Below, in pieces: positions 8,737 to 18,108 of a DNA stretch of 64,000 nt. The notes under the pieces are model-generated. The model did not search any database and was not told where the DNA came from. It saw nothing but the letters and a program-made list of their open reading frames with translations. Origin of the DNA: Candidatus Shapirobacteria bacterium (GTDB lineage: Bacteria > Patescibacteriota > Microgenomatia > UBA12405); assembly GCA_022837635.1 (NCBI GenBank), contig JALHFY010000002.1, positions 69,055 through 133,054 on the forward strand. Reading direction: 5' to 3'. Made by a program: the position numbers and the translations under genes. Numbering within the stretch: position 1 is the first letter of the stretch; each line of letters begins with the position of its first letter.

Positions 8737-9225
8737 ATGAAAACTGAACAAGCAATTTCTTTAATTAAACCAATAGGAATGGCTATGAATTTAGGAGAGA
8801 TGGTTACAGATTATTTAGCAAAAAACCAAATATTAACAATTAAACATATCTTAATTGGAGGGTTTTCTGAAGAAAATGTGATAGAAATATATAGAAATGA
8901 TTTTGATAAACTGAGTCAAATATCAATTTTATATCCAAGTGCAGTCATAAAAACAATGACTTCTGAGCCAGTAGAGGTAATTGTAGCTGAAGGGAAAAAT
9001 GCTAAACATTTATTAAGAGAAACAATAGGTTCTGTTCAAGACCCGGCGGATACAATTAGGTGGAATTTTGTGCAACGAATTCGTAATGATAAAGAATTAA
9101 CAAATAAAATAATACAACAAACAGGGCTTCCATTAGATAGAGCTGTTTTAATTGCCAATGGAATACATGGGACCAGGGATTTGGCAGAATTAAGTGTAAT
9201 GCAGAAATTAATCGCTAATTTGTAA
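8737..9225 (+). CDS. Divergent nucleoside-diphosphate-kinase-like protein
   Basis: LIKP, SEPVEVIVAEG, R..IG...DTIR and NGIHG correspond to NDK motifs, including the catalytic His. Confidence 0.6.
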   Translation: MKTEQAISLIKPIGMAMNLGEMVTDYLAKNQILTIKHILIGGFSEENVIEIYRNDFDKLSQISILYPSAVIKTMTSEPVEVIVAEGKNAKHLLRETIGSVQDPADTIRWNFVQRIRNDKELTNKIIQQTGLPLDRAVLIANGIHGTRDLAELSVMQKLIANL

Positions 9226-9231
9226 AAAGGT

Positions 9232-10080
9232 TTAAGTAAAAATATTTTGGAGATATATTCGTGACATAAAAATATTGACTGGCGTTTGTTTAATACTGTT
9301 GATTAAAAAAGGATTTAGCTTATTTTGTTTTATTGTTTCTTTAATGAATGGGATTTGCTCTTTAATTTCTTGATCTGTGTTAGCTCTAATTCTAATGTTG
9401 TTTTTAGCTAAAGAATCACCAAGGTACATAATACCTATCTCTAGTTTATAGTCAGGATGATTTTCATGTATTTCTACTAAGTCTGCTCTAGTAGAAGGAC
9501 GTCGAACAAAATCTATAGTAAAGTCATGTTGAGTTTCCTTAGCTTTATCTCGAAGTTTTCCAAGTGTGTAATGAAAATTAACACAGTTAGCCACATAATC
9601 GATTTGTCGATCACTAAAACCATACCTCGATATTAAGAGATTGTGTTGATTACGGACAATTTGACTAGATAACAATTCATGATCTTTGAATGAAAAACTA
9701 GTTCTTGGTTCAGAATTTCGTATTTGTCTACAAGCAAACTTACCTATATCATGAAAAACGATGGCAGCTTGAAGTAGAGTGTGTTTAGTAACACCATCAA
9801 TTTGAACAGACAACTCTTTGTTTACAAAATTGTCAATGTTCCATTCTCTTAAAAACACTGGTAGCTCTGTTTGGATTGCTCTAGTGAACATTCTACTGTG
9901 AGTGATAATTCCCCACTGGTGCCATTTAGGTGAATGAGCGTCCACAGAATCTGGGTTATTGAGAAAATACCTATTAAGAGGATTCGAGAGATTAAGGTAG
10001 TTACTAATGAGTGTTCTGGCAAAAATTGGTAGTTGTTGATCAAGTGAATGGATTGATTTTTCTATATTTGTTTGTGACAT
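9232..10080 (-). CDS. HD-domain phosphohydrolase
   Basis: H..W...H, FHDIGK, F..HE..S and later H/D residues. Confidence 0.7.
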   Translation of the reverse strand: MSQTNIEKSIHSLDQQLPIFARTLISNYLNLSNPLNRYFLNNPDSVDAHSPKWHQWGIITHSRMFTRAIQTELPVFLREWNIDNFVNKELSVQIDGVTKHTLLQAAIVFHDIGKFACRQIRNSEPRTSFSFKDHELLSSQIVRNQHNLLISRYGFSDRQIDYVANCVNFHYTLGKLRDKAKETQHDFTIDFVRRPSTRADLVEIHENHPDYKLEIGIMYLGDSLAKNNIRIRANTDQEIKEQIPFIKETIKQNKLNPFLINSIKQTPVNIFMSRIYLQNIFT

Positions 10081-10178
10081 GGTGCAAAAATGAATTGAAA
10101 CAATGTTTGTGGGGGGGGGAAGGTCAGAGTTTTTCTTACCGCTCTATTTTATCAAATTTTTATATTTAATAAACCTAT

Positions 10179-10445
10179 GTGAATAAGAGAAAAGAGATTT
10201 CAATTCCTATTTTAGAATCAACAGAAAAATACATTGAATTTTTATTATTAATTGGAATGAATCGACGTGATTCTAAATCAAAAATTCGTCATGTTTTCAA
10301 AGTGGGTGAACTGGATGTAACTGTGAATGAATGGGATGTAGAGGAACTTGGAGATAGATTAGAAATTGAAGGTGAGGATAAATCTAAAGTGAAAGAGTTG
10401 GCATCTAAACTGAGTCAATATTGTGAACCAACACCATTAAAATAG
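10179..10445 (+). CDS. CYTH-domain C-terminal fragment (possibly truncated)
   Basis: K.R..F...VEELGDRLEIEG resembles the CYTH C-terminal half. No N-terminal ExExK motif. Confidence 0.45.
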   Translation: MNKRKEISIPILESTEKYIEFLLLIGMNRRDSKSKIRHVFKVGELDVTVNEWDVEELGDRLEIEGEDKSKVKELASKLSQYCEPTPLK

Positions 10446-10476
10446 ACTTCGTACTGGGAAAGTTTTTTTTGCTAAT

Positions 10477-11442
10477 TTATAAACACATAGTGCCGTCGTC
10501 AGAGGAGCTTGATTTTTCATTTGTGTCATCAATCCCCGGTATGGGTTCATAATCTTCCATAGGCTTGGCAGGTTTAGGCTGGACATATTTGACTTCCTTG
10601 TTCATTGGAATCTCGGCGTTGGGCAAAGTAACAATTTCCTGATTTTGAAGCCAATTATCAAAATTATTCCACACAATTTTGTCGGAAGTTAAGGCCTTTT
10701 CATACTCTATCCACCATTCAAGTCGAGTACCACCTAAATAGGCATGGGAAACTAAAATCATATTAGTGGGTTTTTTGGCAATACTCTCATCAAGTATTTG
10801 CCCAAATTCTACGGCATCGGCGCCTCTGGACCATAGACTATAATCGCAAAGCGACCCTCTGCCCATGGGTTCACCGACATCCACATTGGTGACTGAAATT
10901 ACCCGTACCTTATATTCTTTTGGTTGATAAACAGTGGCCTCTACATCATTCACTCCACGACCTAAAATATATTCAATCCCTAGGGCGTCAGCTGCTTTGA
11001 GAGTGGTTTCATCATAAGCAAAATAGCGACTACCAAAGACTCGCATTTTTTTGCCGGTAATTTTTTCCACCAAGTCTTTGGATTCTTTCAAATATTTATA
11101 TTGCTCGTCATAAGACATATCCCAAAAAGGGGCTTTGTCGTAACCTCCGGCGATTTCGTAACCTTTGTCGGCCAATCTTTTGAAAACTGTGGGGTATTCT
11201 TCTAAAACATTATCTTGTACCTTAACTAAGGCGGTTAGTCCCCTGCTGTCCAACTCTTTTTCCCATTGTTCAATACCTTCAATTCTTTCAAATTCGATTA
11301 ACATGAGCATGGTGTTGATTCGCGAGGCGAAGATTGGGTTTGATTTCGAAGATTTAGAAATCAAAAATATTACCGAAATGGCGATGATGAGAAATGATCC
11401 CAATATTAACCAAGATATTTTATTGTTTTGATTTTTTTTCAT
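10477..11442 (-). CDS. Membrane-anchored polysaccharide deacetylase-like protein
   Basis: N-terminal TM helix and NodB-like pattern (GYEIA, EQ..L.ES...EKITG, F). Confidence 0.6.
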   Translation of the reverse strand: MKKNQNNKISWLILGSFLIIAISVIFLISKSSKSNPIFASRINTMLMLIEFERIEGIEQWEKELDSRGLTALVKVQDNVLEEYPTVFKRLADKGYEIAGGYDKAPFWDMSYDEQYKYLKESKDLVEKITGKKMRVFGSRYFAYDETTLKAADALGIEYILGRGVNDVEATVYQPKEYKVRVISVTNVDVGEPMGRGSLCDYSLWSRGADAVEFGQILDESIAKKPTNMILVSHAYLGGTRLEWWIEYEKALTSDKIVWNNFDNWLQNQEIVTLPNAEIPMNKEVKYVQPKPAKPMEDYEPIPGIDDTNEKSSSSDDGTMCL

Positions 11443-11722
11443 GGTCTTTTTGATTAATTTTTATAGCCTTACCTTTAATTATAGCAATGGCTAGTTTTTT
11501 GTAGGCTTTATCCAAAATCCGGCCAAAAGTAGGTTGTGAAACATTCATGTTTTTGGCAGCAGTAACCTGATCCAATTCGTCGACATCATGTAGCTTCAAA
11601 GCCTCCAGTTCATCTGGGAACAATTCAACTTCTTCAAGCATAAATAAAGGTACGCCTTGTGGCTTGAAATAAAGCACCTGTGGCTTAAATCTTAAGCGCC
11701 TGGGGTTCTTTGGTCTGGGCAT
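11420..11722 (-). CDS. DUF134 HTH DNA-binding protein
   Basis: MPRPKNPR, FKPQGVP, DELEALKL.D and AA..M.VSQPTF motifs. Confidence 0.9.
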   Translation of the reverse strand: MPRPKNPRRLRFKPQVLYFKPQGVPLFMLEEVELFPDELEALKLHDVDELDQVTAAKNMNVSQPTFGRILDKAYKKLAIAIIKGKAIKINQKDHEKKSKQ

Positions 11723-11733
11723 AGTTGATATGA

Positions 11734-11895
11734 CTACTTTTCTTGATTTTGAGATCGATTTTGACCTGAAAAGCGACGACCTCGACGACCCATACCTAAA
11801 CCTTTACCTGTACCCTTGCCACTACCGCAAGGACCAAGGCCTCGACCTGTAGCCGAACCTTGACCGGTAGGACCTGTTCCATCTCTATTTGGCAT
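11734..11895 (-). CDS. DUF5320-like small Gly/Arg-rich protein (53 aa, not in ORF track)
   Basis: MPNRDGTGPTGQGSATGRGLGPCG...; preceded by a GGAGG Shine-Dalgarno sequence. Confidence 0.8.
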   Translation of the reverse strand: MPNRDGTGPTGQGSATGRGLGPCGSGKGTGKGLGMGRRGRRFSGQNRSQNQEK

Positions 11896-11919
11896 ATTGC
11901 CTCCTGATTGAATAAATTA

Positions 11920-11964
11920 ATAATGAATATATATTCATTATATATGATGGATAAGGTTTGTCAA
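11920..11964 (-). promoter_or_regulatory. Consensus sigma70 promoter overlapped by a perfect 22-bp palindrome (putative operator)
   Basis: Minus strand TTGACA-16 nt-TATAAT. Palindrome ATAATGAATATATATTCATTAT at 11920-11941. Confidence 0.7.
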
Positions 11965-11975
11965 GATTGAGGGTG

Positions 11976-12060
11976 CGGAAGAGGGGGGAGTCGAACCCCC
12001 ATGCCCCTTGCGGGACGCGGGTTTAGCAAACCCGGGCCTTACCATTCGGCACACCCTTCC
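11976..12060 (-). tRNA. tRNA-Ser(GCT)
   Basis: Cloverleaf with long variable arm, anticodon GCT and GTTCGAC T-loop. Confidence 0.9.
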
Positions 12061-12113
12061 TTTGGGTACCTGCTATTTTAGCATTTAAGGTCAAAATGCT
12101 TTATGATATTTTT

Positions 12114-12644
12114 ATGGCTGAAAAGAAACCGATACCGGTCGAAGTAGTTGACCTAAATGAAGAGAAGGTTTTGTTTGAATGGACGGCAGTCGAAAGAGCT
12201 TACCAGAAAAGAAATAAGGACTTCTGGGTAACGGCTATTGCTATTTTGGTTTTAGTTTCGGTAATTTTGATTTTTTTAAAAGAATTCTTTTTGGTAATGG
12301 CCTTAGTTTCGGTGCTTTTTTTGTATTATGCACTTTCGTCGGTGCCACCGGGAGAGGTTGACAACAAGATTACAAACCGAGGAGTTTACTTTGGGGAATT
12401 ACATTACTCGTGGGATGTTTTGGAAAAATTTTGGTTTAAGAAAAGCTTGTCGACAACGACTGTTAATTTTGGGACATTGTTGAAATTTCCTAGAATGGTG
12501 GCGATGGTAATTGACGAGAAAGATGAAGGTAAAATTAAGGAGATTGTGGTTAAAAGGATTCCCCTCTTGGAAAACTCACCAACCTTTGTGGATAAGTTAA
12601 CCAAATGGTTTGCCGACAGATTGCCGCTAGAAGACCGTAAATAA
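12114..12644 (+). CDS. Conserved CPR two-TM membrane protein
   Basis: Two hydrophobic helices followed by a ITNRGV...YSW soluble domain. Confidence 0.6.
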   Translation: MAEKKPIPVEVVDLNEEKVLFEWTAVERAYQKRNKDFWVTAIAILVLVSVILIFLKEFFLVMALVSVLFLYYALSSVPPGEVDNKITNRGVYFGELHYSWDVLEKFWFKKSLSTTTVNFGTLLKFPRMVAMVIDEKDEGKIKEIVVKRIPLLENSPTFVDKLTKWFADRLPLEDRK

Positions 12645-12665
12645 GGTATAATTGCATGTTATTGA

Positions 12666-12737
12666 GCGCCCATAGTTTAATGGATAGAATAGCGGTTTGC
12701 GGAACCGTTGATCCAGGTTCAATTCCTGGTGGGCGCA
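12666..12737 (+). tRNA. tRNA-Arg(GCG)
   Basis: Acceptor stem GCGCCCA/TGGGCGC; anticodon loop TT-GCG-GA. Confidence 0.9.
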
Positions 12738-12745
12738 CTTTCCTG

Positions 12746-12829
12746 GGAGGGTTGGCCGAGTGGTTTATGGCGCTCGCCTCGAAAGCGAGTGGGTGCAAAT
12801 CCGCAGAGGTTCGAATCCTCTACCCTCCG
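12746..12829 (+). tRNA. tRNA-Ser(CGA)
   Basis: Acceptor stem GGAGGGT/ACCCTCC; anticodon loop CT-CGA-AA; long variable arm. Confidence 0.9.
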
Positions 12830-12905
12830 CAATTAAAGAAAAAAAGGGGGTTTTGGTATCATATTGATTGTAGCTAAAATATATTGAAGACTTAATGGGA
12901 TAAAT

Positions 12906-13859
12906 ATGGAAATAAAATCTAAAGGTAGAGCACCAAGAAACAGGACAATCACAATAGATAATAACGAAATTTCTCGATTAAAAAGGAAACTCATCAAAAT
13001 TAATAATCCTGTTTCTGTTTCGGATATTGAAAACAAAACAATTAATCAAGATGTTTTTCAAGTTTTAGATTTATTGCCGGATAAATTTGTTGATTTAGTT
13101 TTTGTTGACCCTCCATATAATTTAAGCAAAACTTTTAACCTTAGAAGTTTTAAGGCAATGGAATCTGAAAAATATGAAGAATGGTTGGATTCTTGGGTTG
13201 AAAAGATAATTCGTTTATTAAAACCTCATGCCTCGGTTTATATCTGTGGAGACTGGAAATCATCTGGTGCAATTTTTAATGTAACTAAAAAATATTTTCA
13301 AATTCAAAACAGAATTACTTTTGAAAGAGAAAAAGGGCGGGGGGCAAAATCTAATTGGAAAAATTGTTCAGAAGATATTTGGTTTTGCACTCTGTCTGAT
13401 AAATATAATTTTGATGTTGAAGCAGTAAAAATGAAAAGAAAGGTTATCGCTCCTTATAAAGACGAAAATGGAAATCCCAAGGATTGGGAGAAAACAAAGG
13501 AAGGAAACTATCGAATAACCTATCCTTCTAATATTTGGACAGATATAACAATTCCATTTTGGTCAATGCCAGAGAATACAGATCACCCCACACAAAAACC
13601 GGAAAAATTAGTTGCAAAGATTATCTTGGCCAGCTCAAAACCGAATGATATAGTTTTTGATCCCTTTCTCGGCTCCGGAACGACATCTGTGGTTGCTAAA
13701 AAATTAGGTCGAAGATATGTTGGAATTGATATAGACGAATTATATTGCTGTTTAGCAGAGAAACGACTGGAAATGGCAGAAAAGGATAAAACAATTCAGG
13801 GTTATTCTGATGGTATCTTTTGGGAAAGGAACACATTAAGCGAGCAAAAAAAATTATAA
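12906..13859 (+). CDS. Site-specific DNA methyltransferase (N6-A/N4-C, beta class)
   Basis: DPPY precedes HPTQKP and DPFLGSGTT. Confidence 0.9.
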   Translation: MEIKSKGRAPRNRTITIDNNEISRLKRKLIKINNPVSVSDIENKTINQDVFQVLDLLPDKFVDLVFVDPPYNLSKTFNLRSFKAMESEKYEEWLDSWVEKIIRLLKPHASVYICGDWKSSGAIFNVTKKYFQIQNRITFEREKGRGAKSNWKNCSEDIWFCTLSDKYNFDVEAVKMKRKVIAPYKDENGNPKDWEKTKEGNYRITYPSNIWTDITIPFWSMPENTDHPTQKPEKLVAKIILASSKPNDIVFDPFLGSGTTSVVAKKLGRRYVGIDIDELYCCLAEKRLEMAEKDKTIQGYSDGIFWERNTLSEQKKL

Positions 13860-13861
13860 CT

Positions 13862-14521
13862 ATGAAAAGTCAAATATTTTATACAGATGAATATAAAAAA
13901 ATAGAAAAGAAAATCCAGAATTTTCTTAATTCTCAGACTGATTTCTTGTCACCCCGAACGATTAATAGTCCTCGTGCTGTTGGTGACGCGATACAAGATT
14001 TGTTGGCGGAGAATTTTGATGAGATTTTGGGCGATTTAAGTTTAAATTATTCTTCGGATTTTGCTCGTAGGGCAATGGCAGATTTGGCTTTTAATGATAA
14101 GGATGGAAATTATTATGTTGTTGATGTAAAAACGCATAGGTTAGATTCAAGTTTTAATATGCCAAACCTTACTTCTGTGGAAAGATTGGCAAGGTTTTAT
14201 GAAGATGATAAAAATTATTTTGTAGTACTAAAAACTGATTACAAGGTTCAGAAAACTAAAATAGTTATAGACAAAGTGAATTTCGTTCCTATTGAATTTT
14301 TAGATTGGGATTGTTTAACACTAGATGCTCTTGGGTGGGGGCAAATACAGATAGCTAATTCAAATAATGTTAGTGTGATTGCAAATAACAGCAGAAAAAA
14401 ATGGATGCTTGAATTATGTGATTCTCTTTTTGAATTTTATCCGAGAGAGATTGAAAAGATAAATGAAAGGATTTCTTATTTTGATCGTGTTAGAAAGTAC
14501 TGGAGAAATAAAAAAAACTAA
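13862..14521 (+). CDS. Putative type II restriction endonuclease
   Basis: AD...VDVK PD-(D/E)xK-like motif; lies directly downstream of the MTase. Confidence 0.6.
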   Translation: MKSQIFYTDEYKKIEKKIQNFLNSQTDFLSPRTINSPRAVGDAIQDLLAENFDEILGDLSLNYSSDFARRAMADLAFNDKDGNYYVVDVKTHRLDSSFNMPNLTSVERLARFYEDDKNYFVVLKTDYKVQKTKIVIDKVNFVPIEFLDWDCLTLDALGWGQIQIANSNNVSVIANNSRKKWMLELCDSLFEFYPREIEKINERISYFDRVRKYWRNKKN

Positions 14522-14560
14522 AAAATTTGCCACTAAACCAAATGGAAGGTTGAAGTTTCT

Positions 14561-15142
14561 CTAAAAAGAAGTTTTGAGTATTTTCTCGATGAGTTGACGC
14601 GAATAGAGACAATGGATATTTTGATTTTCCCAGTCGATGGCTGCTTTGTATTCACCGGGATTATAAGGGAAAATATTGAGGTCGTGGGCAAGCATGTTGA
14701 CATCACCGCCATTAGAACTCTCGATTTCAAAAACAGCATAATCAAGATTATATTTGGAGAGTTTGACTTCAAATTCACGATAAATATATTCCCAACTTTC
14801 CCAAAAATAAATCATGCCACTGTTGTAACCTAAGCTTTCTAAGAAATCTAAGGCGGATAAAAATTGTCCCGGTTGGAGTTTGATTTCAATTTCAGTGCGC
14901 TCTAGATTAGAAGGATTGCCTGTTTTTAGAGTTATTTTTTCTTCATCATCACTTTTTTTAAGACGGATATCAGTGCCACTGGGTTGAGGCCAGGAACGAG
15001 TGGCTGGATCAAAACCGGGTGAAAGGTCAACAGAGAGGCGGCGATAGTGATCTTTAAGCTCGGCAGTTTTTTCGAAGAGAAAAAAGAGTTTGTCTAAACG
15101 CTCTCGGTCTAAACGACCGCGAATTTCAACTTCTTGAGGCAT
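14561..15142 (-). CDS. CYTH-domain protein
   Basis: EVEIR, IRLKK, ITLK, R.EIE and FEIE motifs. Confidence 0.75.
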   Translation of the reverse strand: MPQEVEIRGRLDRERLDKLFFLFEKTAELKDHYRRLSVDLSPGFDPATRSWPQPSGTDIRLKKSDDEEKITLKTGNPSNLERTEIEIKLQPGQFLSALDFLESLGYNSGMIYFWESWEYIYREFEVKLSKYNLDYAVFEIESSNGGDVNMLAHDLNIFPYNPGEYKAAIDWENQNIHCLYSRQLIEKILKTSF

Positions 15143-15154
15143 ACTTTATTATAA

Positions 15155-15451
15155 TTATACTGAAGGTTTTGAAGAGGCTTTTTTTTGAAAAAAATAGAAG
15201 ACAGAAACTAATAATGAGAGTCCGGAAGCGATCAGAAAAAAAATCATGATTTTTTGAAAATAAGGACGGGTAGTCTCAAACCAAGGTAGACAATTAGGAC
15301 TAGGAATGGTGGCACAGGTCCAGTCAAATTCAGCCTTGGTTTGGGGAGAAATTTTGACGTAGGCGAGAAGTGCAGCAAATAGGAATAAGAAAAAAAGACC
15401 GAGACTGCCAAGGAAATAATCCTGATGACTAAAATTTAATTTAGCTTTCAT
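15155..15451 (-). CDS. Small membrane protein
   Basis: Two TM helices flanking a Cys-pair loop. Confidence 0.5.
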   Translation of the reverse strand: MKAKLNFSHQDYFLGSLGLFFLFLFAALLAYVKISPQTKAEFDWTCATIPSPNCLPWFETTRPYFQKIMIFFLIASGLSLLVSVFYFFQKKASSKPSV

Positions 15452-15459
15452 AGGAATGA

Positions 15460-16347
15460 TTATAGCTTACGTGGGGGTGCTTTAAAGCTGGGTTTTTGGG
15501 CCCAAGCTTCCATTTCGCCAGTATATAGACTAAAAGCCGTGTCTTTCAAGTTAATTTTTCTAACCAGTTTAAGTAAAAAGCCAAAAATGGTGGGTGAATA
15601 ATACAGACAACGATTAAGGATATATTCGAGAGACATAACATGATAAGTAGGATAAATTTGAATATTTGAAAATCCGGTTTTTTCTAGAGTTTTTTTTAAG
15701 TTTGATTTTGAAAAATAGGAAACATGTTCTCCTGGTTTATAGTGATACCAGCCAGAACGAAGAAATTTATGCCAATAACCACCAATGTCAGGGGTAACTA
15801 AATATAACCACCCGTTTGGTTTTAAAATGTGGTTAACCAACTTTAAATGTGAAACTGGGTCGGTAATATGTTCCAAAACATCCTGAGAGGTAATGATATT
15901 AAAAGCATTGTTTTTGAAAGAGTTTTTGTTGAGAACACCATTGGTGATTTTTAAACCGCGCTGACGGGCGAAGTTGGTAGCATAAACCGATGGTTCTATG
16001 CCGTAAACATTGGTCCATTTCAACTTTTTGGCTTCGATTAGACAATCTCCGAGAGCAGAACCGATATCTAGGTAATCTGACTTAAATCCGGTTTTACGAA
16101 AAATTTTTTTGAGACGGTCAGTAAAAGTACGGCGATTGATGCGCATACCTTCGAAATAATTAGCATAGCCACCTTTAGGGTTATCGTTAATATAATAATT
16201 TTTTTCGTATTGAGAAAGAATGTTGTCTTGAGGAAAGAGGTCCCAGATAAAAGAACAATTGGAGCATTTGGCCAAGCGATATCCTTTGAGGGCCCAATAT
16301 TTGGTATTTTTGGAGGAGTCGCAAAGAGGGCAAGTAGTTTTTTTCAT
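15460..16347 (-). CDS. Class I SAM-dependent methyltransferase with N-terminal Zn finger
   Basis: CPLC...C..C, LDIGSALG and DVLEHI.DP motifs. Confidence 0.85.
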   Translation of the reverse strand: MKKTTCPLCDSSKNTKYWALKGYRLAKCSNCSFIWDLFPQDNILSQYEKNYYINDNPKGGYANYFEGMRINRRTFTDRLKKIFRKTGFKSDYLDIGSALGDCLIEAKKLKWTNVYGIEPSVYATNFARQRGLKITNGVLNKNSFKNNAFNIITSQDVLEHITDPVSHLKLVNHILKPNGWLYLVTPDIGGYWHKFLRSGWYHYKPGEHVSYFSKSNLKKTLEKTGFSNIQIYPTYHVMSLEYILNRCLYYSPTIFGFLLKLVRKINLKDTAFSLYTGEMEAWAQKPSFKAPPRKL

Positions 16348-16368
16348 TTATGGTTTACAATAGCTTTA

Positions 16369-18108
16369 GTGGCTATTATACATAAATATTCCTGGTTCAT
16401 AATATTAACAATTGGTCTGCTTTTAAGACTGGTGGGATTAAACCTAAATCCGATAGGGCTGGCACACGACGAGATACACGACATTATCAATGCTAAATCA
16501 ATTTCTTTAACTGGTTATGGCTCTCCCGGGACTGTAGCTGGAATTTTACCTTCAAGCGGATACTGTGATGGAAATTGTGTTTTCGGAGAATTGGGAACAA
16601 TTATCATGACACCTTGGATGTTAGTATCACCGATGAATTTGGTGATGGTTAAGATTCCGTTTTTGGTGGCTTCAATGTTGGTAGTCTGGTTGGGCGGTAG
16701 GTTGTTTGAAAATCTTACTGAAAACAAGACTATCGGCAAATTAACAGCTTTGTTTATAGCCATATCTCCCTGGGCGATACATTTTGGAAGAACGGCATAT
16801 GAAAATTTATTCGCTTATGCCCTGTTTTTAGCTGCCCTGTGTTTATTGACTAAAAAGAGGGCTAAAAACAAAGAGGTGTTTTGGGCAACAGTCTCGGGGT
16901 TTTTAGCATCATTGGCTTATTTTGGAGCTAAAGCGGTGTGGCCGCCGTTAATGATAACGGGGATTTTTTATTGGAAAATAAACAATAAAAGAAAATGGCG
17001 GGAAATGTTTGGGTGGTGGATAATTACTATTTTGTTGTTAATTGGATATTGGCTATGTTTGGGTAAATCTACAGCTGGTGTTAGAAGTAAAGAATTGGTT
17101 TTGAACAATAACGAAATTTCCCAGATAGTAAATGAAGAGAGAAGAATGTCCCTTGCAATACCTTGGGGGCTGGAAAAAGTAATTAGTAATAAAATGGTTT
17201 CTAAAATAAGGATGGTCGGACAGAAATATCTTAATCCGTTTTCAATGAAATATTATCTTTCCGATAGTGAAAGTGCTTATGATAACTTTTCAATTCCAGG
17301 ACACGGGTATGTCTATCTTCTGGAAATTGTGTTGGCAGTTTTTGGTTTTACATGTTTGTATAAAATTTCTAGTAAGGCGTGGTGGTTTGTGTGTCTGCTG
17401 TTGATGATAGTGCCTATTCCTGGGGCAATAAATACTTATGCGGTGACCTATGCTCTCAGATCAGGGATGATTTTTCCTCTAATATCAGGGTTAGGGGCTA
17501 TAGGTATTTATAAACTGAACGAAACTGTTGGGAGAAAAGGTGTGGTCTATTGGGTAGTTGGTTTTGGGTTAGTAATTTCATTAATTTATTTTGAGATTCT
17601 ATACTGGTACCGAATGCCATTTGAAAAATCAGCCGGTTACGTATTTCATGAGAGGGCAATAATAAATTATGTTTTTTTACTTAAAAATAAAACCAATAAG
17701 CCGATCTTTTGGGTGGTAAATGAGCCAGTAGACATAATGTACAATTATGGTTTTTATACCGGAAAATATAAGGATAAAGAGTGGGCAATAAAAATGAATA
17801 AATCGATTTTATCAGGAAACTATGAAATTGAAGGTATAAATATTTCTAAAAAATGTCCCATAAAGATGGACTCGGGTGTAATTTATATATTTGAAAGAGA
17901 AAGGGGCTGTGTTGAAGAACCAAATGGGTTAACCCGAATTTCAGAACCAAGAGATGGTGGAGCCAGATTTTTTATAACAGAGGACGTGGTATGTGAAACG
18001 GAAAATTTGCAGAGTTATCCGAATCCCAGAAAAATAAGTGATTTTGATCTGGGAAAAATGGATAAAACTGTTTTTTGTAAGACGTGGGTCAGTAGACCAA
18101 GTAGATGA
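16369..18108 (+). CDS. ArnT/PMT-like (GT39/GT83) membrane glycosyltransferase
   Basis: LRL..L...P.GL..DE and SPW...GR.A.E motifs, multiple TM helices. Start reassigned to GTG 16369 to avoid overlap. Confidence 0.75.
   Translation: MAIIHKYSWFIILTIGLLLRLVGLNLNPIGLAHDEIHDIINAKSISLTGYGSPGTVAGILPSSGYCDGNCVFGELGTIIMTPWMLVSPMNLVMVKIPFLVASMLVVWLGGRLFENLTENKTIGKLTALFIAISPWAIHFGRTAYENLFAYALFLAALCLLTKKRAKNKEVFWATVSGFLASLAYFGAKAVWPPLMITGIFYWKINNKRKWREMFGWWIITILLLIGYWLCLGKSTAGVRSKELVLNNNEISQIVNEERRMSLAIPWGLEKVISNKMVSKIRMVGQKYLNPFSMKYYLSDSESAYDNFSIPGHGYVYLLEIVLAVFGFTCLYKISSKAWWFVCLLLMIVPIPGAINTYAVTYALRSGMIFPLISGLGAIGIYKLNETVGRKGVVYWVVGFGLVISLIYFEILYWYRMPFEKSAGYVFHERAIINYVFLLKNKTNKPIFWVVNEPVDIMYNYGFYTGKYKDKEWAIKMNKSILSGNYEIEGINISKKCPIKMDSGVIYIFERERGCVEEPNGLTRISEPRDGGARFFITEDVVCETENLQSYPNPRKISDFDLGKMDKTVFCKTWVSRPSR

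Noticed and set aside
10111-10119. G9 homopolymer upstream of the HD gene as a phase-variation tract
   Set aside because: It is a single short tract outside coding sequence, with no evidence of length variation without reads.
12550-12877. ORFs 12550-12798 and 12656-12877 (likewise 63208-63411)
   Set aside because: They are shadow ORFs overlapping tRNA genes.
16210-16368. N-terminal extension of the ArnT-like ORF; similar extensions of mutM, pilins and the last RimK
   Set aside because: They overlap neighbouring genes or repeats. Downstream starts fit the family N-termini and the -10 pattern better.
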